Below, piece by piece: positions 41,845 through 51,572 of a DNA stretch of 64,000 nucleotides. Numbering within the stretch: position 1 is the stretch's first letter; each line of letters starts with the position of its first letter. This DNA comes from an uncultured Bacillota bacterium (GTDB taxonomy: Bacteria; Sysuimicrobiota; Sysuimicrobiia; Sysuimicrobiales; Segetimicrobiaceae). Below the pieces are notes generated by a model. That model saw nothing but the letters and a program-made list of their open reading frames with translations, made no database searches and was not told the origin of the DNA. The stretch spans positions 512,001-576,000 of the forward strand of contig CAWDRG010000009.1 of NCBI GenBank assembly GCA_963804645.1, read 5' to 3'. The position numbers were made by a program, and so were the translations under genes.

Positions 41845-42786
41845 TCACGGGGTAGTCCTTTCCTCGGGCCTGCGCCCGAGCGCGCGAATCGCTTCCATGA
41901 ACCCGCCCGGCACGGCGATCACCACCACGAGGAAGAGGATCCCGAAGACGAGCAGGTAGAAATCGCCGAGCCTGAGCGACAGCGCCTCGCGCAGCAGCAG
42001 GAAGAACGCCGCGCCGGCGAGCGGGCCGAGTACCGTGCCGACGCCGCCGAGGTACACGATCAACAGCGGGTCGAACGTCCACAGCGGGCCGAACGCGGAC
42101 GACGGGTAGAAGCTCAGCTGGTAGAAACCGTAGACGCCGCCGGCGGCCCCGGCGAAGAGCGCGCTCAGGATGAACGCGGCAAACTTGTGGCGGAACGCGT
42201 GCACGCCGATCGCCTCCGCCACGCCTTCGTCCTCCCGGATGGCGGTGAGGCCGCAGCCGAACCGGGAGCGCGTGAGCCACCACGACGCCGCGGTGACCGC
42301 AGCCAGCAGCCCCAGCGCGAGCTCGTAGCGCGGCGCGAGCCGGTACGTCGCCAGCATCCGCGCCGGCAGCGACGACACGTTCGGGAGTGCGTTGCCGACC
42401 GTGATCCTCAGAATCTCGGCCACCGCGAGCGTGCCGATCGCGAAGTAGGGTCCGCGCAGCCGCAGGCACGGCGCGCCGATGATGACGCCCGTGACGGTCG
42501 CGGCGGCCGTCCCCAGGGCGAGCGCTTCGGCCGGCGGCATGCCGCCGAGCCACAGCGTCCGCGTGACGAGGGCCCCGAGGCCGAAGAACGCCGCGAGCCC
42601 CAGGTTGACCTGTCCGGCGAAGCCCCCGAGCAGGTTCCAGCTCTGCGCGAGCGCGGCGTACAAATACACGAGAAACGCCCAGTCGAGGACCGCCTGATTG
42701 TCGGTCGCCCTCGGAAGAAGCGCGAGCGCGGCGGCCGCCGCCGCGGCGCCGCACGCGGTGAGCACCCCCGCCGCGCGCCCGGTCAT
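41845..42786 (-). CDS. HAAT (LivM-type) ABC permease
   Basis: SWNLLGGFAGQ, LRGPYFAI, AIREDE; ATG 42786. Confidence 0.9.
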   Translation of the reverse strand: MTGRAAGVLTACGAAAAAAALALLPRATDNQAVLDWAFLVYLYAALAQSWNLLGGFAGQVNLGLAAFFGLGALVTRTLWLGGMPPAEALALGTAAATVTGVIIGAPCLRLRGPYFAIGTLAVAEILRITVGNALPNVSSLPARMLATYRLAPRYELALGLLAAVTAASWWLTRSRFGCGLTAIREDEGVAEAIGVHAFRHKFAAFILSALFAGAAGGVYGFYQLSFYPSSAFGPLWTFDPLLIVYLGGVGTVLGPLAGAAFFLLLREALSLRLGDFYLLVFGILFLVVVIAVPGGFMEAIRALGRRPEERTTP

Positions 42787-43661
42787 TCGCGCGAGAACAG
42801 TCCCTGCGGCCGGACGCTGATGACGACCAGAAACAGCACGAGGCCCATGATCTCGCGATACGCGTTGCCGAGCACGAAGCCGCTCACCGCCTCGGCGACG
42901 CCGAGGAACAGGCCCGCGACGAACGTGCCGAAGATGTTCCCCATCCCGCCGAGCACGACGACGATCAACGCCTTGAGCGTCCAGCTCAGGCCGACGGTGG
43001 GATTGACCGAGGCGGTGACGCTGACGAGCGCGCCCGCGACGCCGGCGAGCGCGCTGCCGAGCCCGAACGCGCCGAGGAAGACGCGCGGGACGGGAATCCC
43101 GACGATTTCGGCGGCTTCGACGTCGTCCGCCGTCGCGCGCACCGCGGTGCCCCACCGCGTCTTCTGTAAGAACACATGGAGCCCGGCGAGCACCGCGAAC
43201 GCGACGCCGAGCGAGGCGAGCCGCAGGACCGGTACGACGACGCCGCCGACCGGAAGGACCGCGCCGGAGGCCGCGGTTTCCACCGCCCGCTCGTCGGCCG
43301 TCCACGCGAGGAGCGCGGCCGTCTGCAGCACCAGGCTGAGGCCGAAGCCGATCAGGATCGAGTTCTTGAGCTTGAGATCGTCGGGCGCGTACAGCAGCCG
43401 CGCGAACAGCAGTCGGTAGAGTAGCGCGCCGATCAGGAACATCGCGGCGGCGCTCGGGACGAGCGACATGAATGGGTCGACGTGCCACAGCGTGAACAGC
43501 CAGAACGCGGCATACCCGCCGAGCATCAGCAGTTCGCCGTGGGCGACGTTGAGGATCTTGAGCACGCCGAAGACGAGCGAGAGGCCCACCGCGGCGAGGC
43601 CGTAGAGCCCTCCGATGAGGAGCCCGAAGATCGCGTTCTGCTCGAAGATGCTCAGCGGCAT
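42783..43661 (-). CDS. HAAT (LivH-type) ABC permease
   Basis: GLSLVFGV..NVAHGE, VVLGGMG, RPQGL. Confidence 0.92.
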   Translation of the reverse strand: MPLSIFEQNAIFGLLIGGLYGLAAVGLSLVFGVLKILNVAHGELLMLGGYAAFWLFTLWHVDPFMSLVPSAAAMFLIGALLYRLLFARLLYAPDDLKLKNSILIGFGLSLVLQTAALLAWTADERAVETAASGAVLPVGGVVVPVLRLASLGVAFAVLAGLHVFLQKTRWGTAVRATADDVEAAEIVGIPVPRVFLGAFGLGSALAGVAGALVSVTASVNPTVGLSWTLKALIVVVLGGMGNIFGTFVAGLFLGVAEAVSGFVLGNAYREIMGLVLFLVVISVRPQGLFSRE

Positions 43662-43685
43662 CGGAGCGGACGGGGCTCCCCGGGC

Positions 43686-44423
43686 TCACGCTCTCCCGAG
43701 GTAGACCCGCACCACCTCGGCGTGCCCGAACGCGTCCTCGGGCGTGCCCTCGGTGACCTTCTTGCCGGCGTGCATCACCACGACCCGGTCGCACAGGGTG
43801 CGCACCGCCCGGACGTTGTGCTCGACCAGCATGACCGTGATGCCGTCGTCGCGCAGCCGCCGGAACAGCGCGATCTGCTCGTCGACCTCGGTGGGGTTGA
43901 GGCCGCCGGCCGGCTCGTCGAGGAGGAGCAGGCGGGGCCGGCCGGCGAGGGCGCGCGCGATCTCCACGCGCTTCCGGTCGCCGAGCGCCAGCGACGCGGC
44001 CAGCGTCTCGACCCGCCGCGTCAGGCCGGCCCCCGCGAGCAGCGCGCGGGCCTTTTCCCGGGCGAGCGCCGTGGAGGGCGCGCGCTCCCGGCCGTAGAGA
44101 CACGCCACGGCCACGTTGTCGAGGGCGCTGAGATTGGGGAAGACCCGGACGAGCTGAAAGGTTCTGGCGATCCCGAGGCGCGCCCGCCGGCTCGGCGGAT
44201 CGGCCGTAATCCGCCGGCCGGCGAAGTGCACCTGGCCGCCGTCCGCGCGCAAGGCGCCGGCGACCAGGTTGAACACGGTGGTCTTGCCCGAGCCGTTCGG
44301 TCCGAGCAGCCCGACGATCTCGCCCTCGTGGACCCGCAGGGAAAGGCCGTCGACGGCGCGGACGCCCCCGAACGCTTTGGTCAGGTCGGTGATCTCGAGC
44401 AGCGCGGCCGAGCTATCTGGCAC
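43686..44423 (-). CDS. HAAT (LivG-type) ABC ATP-binding protein
   Basis: GPNGSGKT, ARTFQ, LLLDEP, VEH, VYLG. Confidence 0.93.
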   Translation of the reverse strand: MPDSSAALLEITDLTKAFGGVRAVDGLSLRVHEGEIVGLLGPNGSGKTTVFNLVAGALRADGGQVHFAGRRITADPPSRRARLGIARTFQLVRVFPNLSALDNVAVACLYGRERAPSTALAREKARALLAGAGLTRRVETLAASLALGDRKRVEIARALAGRPRLLLLDEPAGGLNPTEVDEQIALFRRLRDDGITVMLVEHNVRAVRTLCDRVVVMHAGKKVTEGTPEDAFGHAEVVRVYLGRA

Positions 44424-45615
44424 GCCACGCGGGGGCCGGGTAGATCATCGGAATGCCGCCCAGGTTCTTCGGCCAGACCATCTGCTGCTGGCCGTTCTGC
44501 CACTGGACGATGACGGTCGGGACGATCCCGGTCCCGTCCGGTCGGAATTTCACCGGCCCTTCCACGGTCATCATGTTGGTCGACGCCATCGCGTCCCGGA
44601 TCGCGGTGCTGTCCAGCTTGCCGGCCCGCTGGATCGCGTTCGCGACGATCTGCACGCACGCGTACGCGGGGCCGACGACCACGTCCGCCGGGCGGCCGTA
44701 CTGCGCCTGATGCTCCGCGTTCAGCGCCGTCACGCCCGGGAACTGCTCCGAGTGATGCCAGCCCGGCATGAGGAGGACGTCATCCCCGTCCTTGCCGAGG
44801 GCCTGCGACCAGGTGACCGCATCCGCGGCGCGCACGATGACGGCGATCTGCGGGCTGAAGTCCAGCTGCTTCATCTGCCGGATCATCGTGATGCCGTCGG
44901 GCGGAGTCGGGAGCGCGAACACCGCGTTCGCGCCGGCACTCTTGGCGCGCAGGATGATGTCGGACAGATCCTGAGCTCCGGGGCTGTACTGGGCCCGCAG
45001 GACGACCTGGTAGCCGTACTCCTGCGACCGGGCTGTCCAGTTGTCGGCCATCTCCCTGCCCCAGTCCGTCCGCTCCTCGAAGATGGCGACCCGGGTCGGG
45101 CGCTGACCGGCCGGGATGCTCGCGTTGAGCGCGCGGTACGTCTCGACCGCAAGCTGGGGGGACTTCGGGAACGGCGAGAAGAGGTACTTGAAGCCCTGCT
45201 CGTGGACGGAGTGCAGCGCGAACGCGACGCCGCAGTACGGGATCTTGTCCTTCTCGGCGACCGCGGCCGCGGCGGCGTGCAGGTCGCTGCCGAACCCGCC
45301 GAGGAACACGATGCTGCCCTGCGAGCCGAGCGTTTCGAACTGGCTGACGGTCTTCGTGGCGTCGGACCCGTCGTCGAGGATCGTCAGTGCGAGCGGGATC
45401 TTCTGCCCGCCGACGCTCACGCCCCCCGCCCGGTTGATGTCGGCGACCGCGAACTGATATCCCGCGCGGATCTGGGCGCCCCCGCCTCCGTAGCGGCCGC
45501 TCAGGGGAATCACGGCTCCGAGCTGGATCGTCGCCGGTGCGGCGCCGATCCCGGGCGTCACCGGCAGGCTGACCGCCAAGCCGACGATCGCGATGACCAA
45601 CGCAAGCGTGCGCAT
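44413..45615 (-). CDS. HAAT-family ABC substrate-binding protein (possibly for aromatic acids)
   Basis: Signal peptide, IQLGAVIPLSG, DDGSD, QWQNG; GGAGGT before ATG 45615; operonic with pca/pob. Confidence 0.88.
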   Translation of the reverse strand: MRTLALVIAIVGLAVSLPVTPGIGAAPATIQLGAVIPLSGRYGGGGAQIRAGYQFAVADINRAGGVSVGGQKIPLALTILDDGSDATKTVSQFETLGSQGSIVFLGGFGSDLHAAAAAVAEKDKIPYCGVAFALHSVHEQGFKYLFSPFPKSPQLAVETYRALNASIPAGQRPTRVAIFEERTDWGREMADNWTARSQEYGYQVVLRAQYSPGAQDLSDIILRAKSAGANAVFALPTPPDGITMIRQMKQLDFSPQIAVIVRAADAVTWSQALGKDGDDVLLMPGWHHSEQFPGVTALNAEHQAQYGRPADVVVGPAYACVQIVANAIQRAGKLDSTAIRDAMASTNMMTVEGPVKFRPDGTGIVPTVIVQWQNGQQQMVWPKNLGGIPMIYPAPAWRAR

Positions 45616-45805
45616 CCCCTGCACCTCCAGGTGGCGTGCTTGTTAAGGGCGTTGGGTTTGACGTGGGCTCCCGTTCCCCTCTTTCGAACGCGCGGCGCGC
45701 CCGTCGCGCCAGAAGGATGGGAATGGACGGACCGACGAGAAGTGATCGTCGCGAGACCGAGCGGCCCGTGTTGGCGAACGGGCCGACGCATGGGGAGGTG
45801 CCTCG

Positions 45806-47209
45806 ATGGCAGCACCGCAGTTCCGCGCCGGGGTCGGACGGGCGACGATCACGCCGCCGCTCACGGTGCCGCACGCGGGTTGGGGGGCGGCGACGCACGT
45901 GTATCCCGAGGGCATCGAGACCGACTTGTGGTCCACGGTCCTGGTCCTCGAGGACGGCCAAGCCCGCGCGGCGATCGTGGATCTCGATCTGGTCACCATT
46001 ACGACGCAGGAGGCGCAGGCAATCGCGGCCGCGGTCGGAGGCGAGTTGGGGATCGCGCCCGAACAGATCCGGGTCTCGGTCACGCACAACCACACGGGGC
46101 CGCCGGGGAGCCGGTCGCATATGACCGCCGGCACCGAAGCGCTCCAGCGCTACTATCAGTCGGTTCCGGAGTTCTCGGCCGGCGCGGCCCGGATCGCGCT
46201 GGCGAACCTGCGGCCGGCGCGGATCGGCATCGGGTCGGGGCAGAGCCGCGTGGCGGTGAACCGCCGCGAGGACGCGCCGGGCGGGCGGATCGCGACCGGC
46301 GTGAACTTTAAGGGCACCATCGACCCCGAGGTGTTCGTGCTCAGAATCGACGGGACCGACGGGGCGCCGCTCGCCGCCATCGTCGGCTACACCATGCACC
46401 CGACCACCGCGGGCCCGACGTTCCGGCGCATCACGGCCGACTGGCCCGGCCACCTCAAGCGCACGGTCCAGCGTCTCACCGGGGCCACCTGCGTGTTCGC
46501 GCAGGGCGCCACCGGCAACGTCGGCCCGGGGCCCGAGGGGTACACGAGCGATGCCGAGGTCATCCGGCGGCTCGGCAGGCTGGTTGGGTACGAGGCGGCG
46601 CGCGTGCATCTCTCGCTCCACGTGCCTCAGGTCGAGTTTGCCCACGAGCGGATCTGGGAGTCCGGGGCGCCGCTCGGCAAGTGGATCAGCCGGCCCGTCG
46701 CATCGCCCGAACCCATCGTGCGGACGCGCACCGTGCAACTGGCGCTCCCGCTGCGGGAGCAGCCGGCGCCGGCCGAGGCCGAGGCGCGCTCCGCGAAGGC
46801 GCAGCGGGCGCTGCAGGAGTTGGTCGCCCGGGGCGCGCCCGCCAAGGAGATCGAGGCCGCGACGTTCGTCTCGAAGCGCGCCAACATGGTGGTGGGCCGG
46901 GCGCGCGCGTACCACGGACGAACCGAGGCCGCCGTCACGCTGCACCTGCTGCGCGTGGGCCCCGCGGTGCTCGCGGGCATTCCGGCGGAACCGTTTGCCG
47001 AGATCGCGCTGGCGATCAAGGCCAAGTCGCCGTTTCCCCACACGTGGTTCGGCGGGTATACGGGCGGCTGGGCCGGCTACATCCCGATCCCGGAGGAGTA
47101 CCCGCGCGGCGGGTACGAGGTCGACACGACGCCCTTCGCGCCGGAGGCGGCGGCCCGCGTCGTCGACGGCACCCTCGCCGCCCTGCGCGAGTTCCACGCC
47201 GCTCCGTAG
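45806..47209 (+). CDS. neutral/alkaline ceramidase N-terminal-domain hydrolase
   Basis: ITPP, THNHTGP, VNRR, IDP, MHPT, ADWPG, QGATGN, PAEPF, GYIP..EEY..GGYE. Confidence 0.8.
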   Translation: MAAPQFRAGVGRATITPPLTVPHAGWGAATHVYPEGIETDLWSTVLVLEDGQARAAIVDLDLVTITTQEAQAIAAAVGGELGIAPEQIRVSVTHNHTGPPGSRSHMTAGTEALQRYYQSVPEFSAGAARIALANLRPARIGIGSGQSRVAVNRREDAPGGRIATGVNFKGTIDPEVFVLRIDGTDGAPLAAIVGYTMHPTTAGPTFRRITADWPGHLKRTVQRLTGATCVFAQGATGNVGPGPEGYTSDAEVIRRLGRLVGYEAARVHLSLHVPQVEFAHERIWESGAPLGKWISRPVASPEPIVRTRTVQLALPLREQPAPAEAEARSAKAQRALQELVARGAPAKEIEAATFVSKRANMVVGRARAYHGRTEAAVTLHLLRVGPAVLAGIPAEPFAEIALAIKAKSPFPHTWFGGYTGGWAGYIPIPEEYPRGGYEVDTTPFAPEAAARVVDGTLAALREFHAAP

Positions 47210-47243
47210 CTGCGGGCGGGGCCGCGTCGGGGGGAGGCGCGCG

Positions 47244-48386
47244 CTAGGCGAGATACGCCCGCGCGTACTCCGCGTAGAAGCGGACGGCGTCCAGGTACGC
47301 GGGGATCGAGACCCACTCGTTCGGCTGGTGGGCCAACTCGGCCTCGCCCGGCCCGTAGATGATCGCGGGCACGCGCAGCCCAGATTGGTAGATGGACGCT
47401 TCGGTGAAGTACGGAACCGCGCCCGCGGTCTCCGGCCGGCCCCTCAGCCGCGACGCGACGTCGATCGCCGTCTGGACCGCCGGCAGCGCGGCGTCGGTTT
47501 CCACCGCCGGGGCCGACATCAACACGTCCACCGCTACGTCGAAGTCGAGGTCGCCGCACGCCGACCGGATCGCCGTGACGACGCCCTCGTGGTCGGTGCC
47601 GGGCACGGTCCGGATGTCCACGTCCACCCGGCACCGGTCCGGCACCACGTTCACCGCGGCGCCGCCGCGGATCGTGTTGATGCTCAGGGTCGACGCCCCG
47701 AGCAGGGGGTGCGGAACGCGCGGTAGGCGCATCGTCCGCACCCGTTCGATCACCTGCTGCATCCGGAGGATCGCGTTGATGCCCTGGTCCGGCATGGAGC
47801 CGTGTGCCGTGCGGCCCAACGTGGTGATGGCCAGCCACATCGCGCCTTTGTGCGCGACCGCGACGCGCCCGCCGGTGGGCTCCCCGACGATCACGGCCCC
47901 CGCGCCGGCCAGCGCACCCGAGTCCACGAAGGCGCGCGCGCCGAGCAGGTTGACCTCCTCGCCGGCCGACGCGGCCAGGACGAGGTCGCCCCGCAGGGCC
48001 ACGCCGGCGCGCTTGAGGCCGACGAGCGCGAGCACCATCGCGGCCAGGCCGGACTTCATGTCGGAGGCGCCCCGCCCGTAGAGGCGCTCCCCCACGACCG
48101 TCGCCGACCAGGGGTCGTGCTCCCACGGGACCTCTCCCGTCCCGACGGTGTCGGTGTGCCCGCTGAGGATCAGCGCCGGCCGCCCGCCCGTCCCCGGCAG
48201 CCGCACGCAGAGATTGGCCCGGCCGGGGGCGAGCGATTGGGACTCCGTCGAGATCCCCTCGGCCTGGAAGTACCGCGCCAGCACCTCGGTCAGCCGCGCT
48301 TCGTCCCCGGGCGGGTTGACGGTCTTCGTGTTGATGCACTCCGAGAGGAGTGCGACGGCCTCGTCGGACGTCACCGGCAGATGCAT
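47244..48386 (-). CDS. M20 (ArgE/DapE-like) metallohydrolase
   Basis: SGHTDTV, GRGASDMK, GEE, GEP, AHGSMP, AHQPNE; AAGGAGG before ATG 48386. Confidence 0.92.
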   Translation of the reverse strand: MHLPVTSDEAVALLSECINTKTVNPPGDEARLTEVLARYFQAEGISTESQSLAPGRANLCVRLPGTGGRPALILSGHTDTVGTGEVPWEHDPWSATVVGERLYGRGASDMKSGLAAMVLALVGLKRAGVALRGDLVLAASAGEEVNLLGARAFVDSGALAGAGAVIVGEPTGGRVAVAHKGAMWLAITTLGRTAHGSMPDQGINAILRMQQVIERVRTMRLPRVPHPLLGASTLSINTIRGGAAVNVVPDRCRVDVDIRTVPGTDHEGVVTAIRSACGDLDFDVAVDVLMSAPAVETDAALPAVQTAIDVASRLRGRPETAGAVPYFTEASIYQSGLRVPAIIYGPGEAELAHQPNEWVSIPAYLDAVRFYAEYARAYLA

Positions 48387-48470
48387 GATCGCCTCCTTGC
48401 GCGGTGCGGCGTAGTCCACGCGGTCTTCGAGCGCTCTGGGATGGAGCCGGCACGCGCCGCGCTGTGATGT

Positions 48471-50294
48471 CTAGTCATCGACGACCGGCAGCGCGATCGC
48501 GCTGCCGCGATAGATCCGGTGGGTGGCCTGCACGAAGTCCTGCGGCTCCGCAAAGAAGATGTTCGGCACGAACGTCTGCGGGTTGCGGTCGTACAGGGGG
48601 AACCAGGTCGACTGGATCTGGACCATGATCCGGTGCCCGGGCAGGAAGGTGTGGCTCGCATGCGGCAGGCGAATGTGATAGGGCAGCGGCGCGCCCGGCT
48701 GCAGCGCACGCGCGGATGAGACGTCCTCTCGATAGCGTCCGCGAAAAATGTCCGCGGAGATCATCTGCTGATAGCCGCCCATTTTCGGGCGGGCCGGATA
48801 CTCGTCGGGCCAGACGTCGATCAGCTTGACGACCCAATCGGCATCGCTGCCGCTGGTCGATGCCACCAGATCGGCGTAGGGCTGTCCGGCGATGCGCAGC
48901 GGCGCCGCCAGCGGGTCGGTCTGATACGTGAGCACGTCCGGTCGGCCATCCACGTGACGCTGGTCTTCCGTCAGCCACTGCCCCCAGCCGTCGCGATCGT
49001 CGCGCGGAATCGGCCGCGGCCGGTACGGGACGGGTTTGGCGGGATCGGAGACGTATTCCTCGAAGCCGCCGGCCTCGGCCGGCGCCTCGAATCCGAGCCG
49101 GCCGTCCGCGAGCAGGTACAGCGGACGCGCCGCCTGGATCGGCGGCCACTCCTCGCAGCGCCGCCAGCGGTCGGCGCCCGTTTCGTAGACCCAGACGGGC
49201 GGCAGATCCGGCCGGGGCGCGTCCTTCAGGGCGCCGTCGAGGAAGGGCTGCATGATCGTGCGCCGGAACCAGGCCGCGGTGTCGCCCTCGAACTGGAGGT
49301 TGCCGATCGCGCGGCCGTCGGCCCGCGCACCGCCGTGGTTCCACGGCCCGAGCACGAGAAACGCCTTCTCATGCGCGGGATCCTTCGCCGTCAGCGCCGC
49401 GAACAGGGCCGGCCCGCCGTAAATGTCTTCCTGGTCGAACAGGCCGGACACAATCATCAGCGGGACGGTGAGCGGCTCGCCGGCGAGGATGCGGTCCAGC
49501 GCCTGGCTCTGCCACCAGGTGTCATAGGCCGGATGCTGTGCGAGCGCCTGCCACATCCCGAGCCCCAGAATGCCCTTGGCGCGCGCGAGGGCGCCCGCGG
49601 ATCCGGCGCTCAGAAACTCCGCGTAGGTGTCGTAGACACCGCTCCACCACTGCTCGTCGCCCTTGCGCGTGGCCTGCTGCCCGTAGATGTATTCCAGCAT
49701 CATGCCCTGCCGGAACGCGCCGTTGTGGAAGAAATCGTCGCCCATCCACCCGTCGACCATGGGCGCGAAGGAGACCGCCGCCCGGAGCGCCGGATGGGGA
49801 TGCAGCGTGGACATCAGCGTCGTGAACCCGCCGTAGGACCCGCCGATCGTGCCGACCCGGCCATTGCTCTGCGGGACGTTCCTGATCAGCCAGTCGATCG
49901 TGTCATACGCATCGGTCGCGTGGTCCACGCCGGTCGGGTTCAGCGGCCCGATCGGCGGCCGCACCATCACATAGTCACCCTCCGACCCATACTTGCCGCG
50001 GATATCCTGCAGCGCGACGATGTAGCCCGCGTCGACCGCGGTAGCGAGCATCGGCTGCACGACCGCCGCGAGATGCGGCGAGCTGAAGCGCGCGGTGGCT
50101 TTGGCCGCGTCATAGGGCGTCCGGGACAAGAGCATCGGCGCGTCCGTCACCCCCTTCGGACTCAAGATGATCGTCTTCAGCGCCACGCCGTCGCGCATCC
50201 GGACCATCTCGGTGCGGCGTTCGAAGTCCCAGGACTCCGTCCGGGGCTCAAACCGCTCAGCGGTGTCGCTCGGCGACCCAAGTGGGAGTTCCAT
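48471..50294 (-). CDS. CocE/NonD family serine hydrolase (alpha-amino-acid ester hydrolase-like)
   Basis: MRDGV, RTPY, QDIRGKYGSEG, GGSYGG, QEDIYG, GPWNHG, RNPQTF; start at ATG 50294; no signal peptide. Confidence 0.9.
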   Translation of the reverse strand: MELPLGSPSDTAERFEPRTESWDFERRTEMVRMRDGVALKTIILSPKGVTDAPMLLSRTPYDAAKATARFSSPHLAAVVQPMLATAVDAGYIVALQDIRGKYGSEGDYVMVRPPIGPLNPTGVDHATDAYDTIDWLIRNVPQSNGRVGTIGGSYGGFTTLMSTLHPHPALRAAVSFAPMVDGWMGDDFFHNGAFRQGMMLEYIYGQQATRKGDEQWWSGVYDTYAEFLSAGSAGALARAKGILGLGMWQALAQHPAYDTWWQSQALDRILAGEPLTVPLMIVSGLFDQEDIYGGPALFAALTAKDPAHEKAFLVLGPWNHGGARADGRAIGNLQFEGDTAAWFRRTIMQPFLDGALKDAPRPDLPPVWVYETGADRWRRCEEWPPIQAARPLYLLADGRLGFEAPAEAGGFEEYVSDPAKPVPYRPRPIPRDDRDGWGQWLTEDQRHVDGRPDVLTYQTDPLAAPLRIAGQPYADLVASTSGSDADWVVKLIDVWPDEYPARPKMGGYQQMISADIFRGRYREDVSSARALQPGAPLPYHIRLPHASHTFLPGHRIMVQIQSTWFPLYDRNPQTFVPNIFFAEPQDFVQATHRIYRGSAIALPVVDD

Positions 50295-50497
50295 CGTCCC
50301 TCCGATCCGATGTTGGCGGTACCTGCCGGGTGTGTGCGCATAGAGGTTCTCTAGACGAAGGGCGCACATCCTCCGCCCCGCCCTTTGCCGGGGACGCCGG
50401 GCGGCGTACGCAGGAGTGGCCGCGCGACTATGGAAGGTCTCGTGAGCGCTCAACTTCGCAGCTTTCTCTCACCCCCGCAGCGCACCGGAAGGAGGGA

Positions 50498-51526
50498 TTG
50501 ACGCTGGGAGCCTTTGGCCTGATTTTGGCAAACCGCGGCGTGCTGCTCGGCGCGGTGACCCCCGATGAGATGCTCGACCTCGGCGAAGCCGCGGACCGGT
50601 CCGGCGCGTTCCGGTCGCTGTGGGTCGGCGACAGCCTCCTCGCGAAACCGCGCCTGGAATCCGTGATCGTGCTCGGGGCGCTCGCGGGCCGGACGCGGCG
50701 CGCCCGCCTCGGCGTCGCGTGCATGGCGACGTTCGCCCACCGGCATCCGGTGCTGCTGGCCGCGCAGTGGTCGAGCCTCGACGTGCTGTCGAACGGCCGG
50801 GCGCTGCTCATCGCCTGCCTCGGCGGGGCCGACGAGATGAGCGCCGCGCAGGCGCTCGAGCACCGGACGATGGGCATCGCCTCGAAGGAGCGCATCGGCC
50901 GGCTGGAAGAGGGCGTGGCCCTGCTCCGCCGGCTGTTCACCGAGGAGCACGTGACCCACCACGGGCACTTCTATCAGCTCGAGGGCGTCACGATCGAGCC
51001 GCGCCCGGTGCAGCGGCCGCTGCCGATCTGGATCGCGAGCAACCCCACCACCGTCACGTACAAGGTCGGACAGGCCGTGGACCGGCGGAACGTCGAACGT
51101 TCGTTCCGCCGGGTCGCGCGGTTCGCCGACGGATGGATGACCAACAAGATCCCGCCCGCGGTGTTCGCCGAGCAGTGGGGCATCATCCGCGAGATGGCCG
51201 CGGAGGACGGGCGCGATCCCGACGCGCTCGGGAACGTCCTGTACCACAACATCAACATCAATCCCGATCGGGCGCAGGCGCTCGAGGAGAGCACCCGCTT
51301 TCTGAACACGTACTACACCGCGAATTTCACGCCCGCGTTCGTGGAGGCGTGGACGACGATGGGCACGCCGGCGCAGTGCATCGAGCAGTTTGAGGGGTAT
51401 TTCGCCGCCGGCGTGCAGGAGATCGCGCTGCGGCTGACGTCGTGGAACCAGCGACGTCAGTTCGATCTCTTTCTCGGCGAGGTGGCACCCGCGTTTGCGC
51501 GGCACGGCAGCCGGGCGCGGGCGTAG
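50498..51526 (+). CDS. LLM-class flavin-dependent oxidoreductase
   Basis: AAGGAGG before TTG 50498; LWVGDS, LDVLSNGR, PRPVQ..PIWIA, ARFADGW. Confidence 0.88.
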   Translation: MTLGAFGLILANRGVLLGAVTPDEMLDLGEAADRSGAFRSLWVGDSLLAKPRLESVIVLGALAGRTRRARLGVACMATFAHRHPVLLAAQWSSLDVLSNGRALLIACLGGADEMSAAQALEHRTMGIASKERIGRLEEGVALLRRLFTEEHVTHHGHFYQLEGVTIEPRPVQRPLPIWIASNPTTVTYKVGQAVDRRNVERSFRRVARFADGWMTNKIPPAVFAEQWGIIREMAAEDGRDPDALGNVLYHNININPDRAQALEESTRFLNTYYTANFTPAFVEAWTTMGTPAQCIEQFEGYFAAGVQEIALRLTSWNQRRQFDLFLGEVAPAFARHGSRARA

Positions 51527-51572
51527 CGGACGCGGCCGTGGAGGGCCATCATGGTGCGTGGAGGTGAGGAGA

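Noticed and set aside
41845..44103. Long N-terminal extensions of LivM-like (752 aa), permease 34315..36066, PcaG, PcaH and ATPase 60292..63000
   Set aside because: Stop-free alternative frames over upstream genes; internal starts with RBS or ATGA/GTGA coupling give normal lengths
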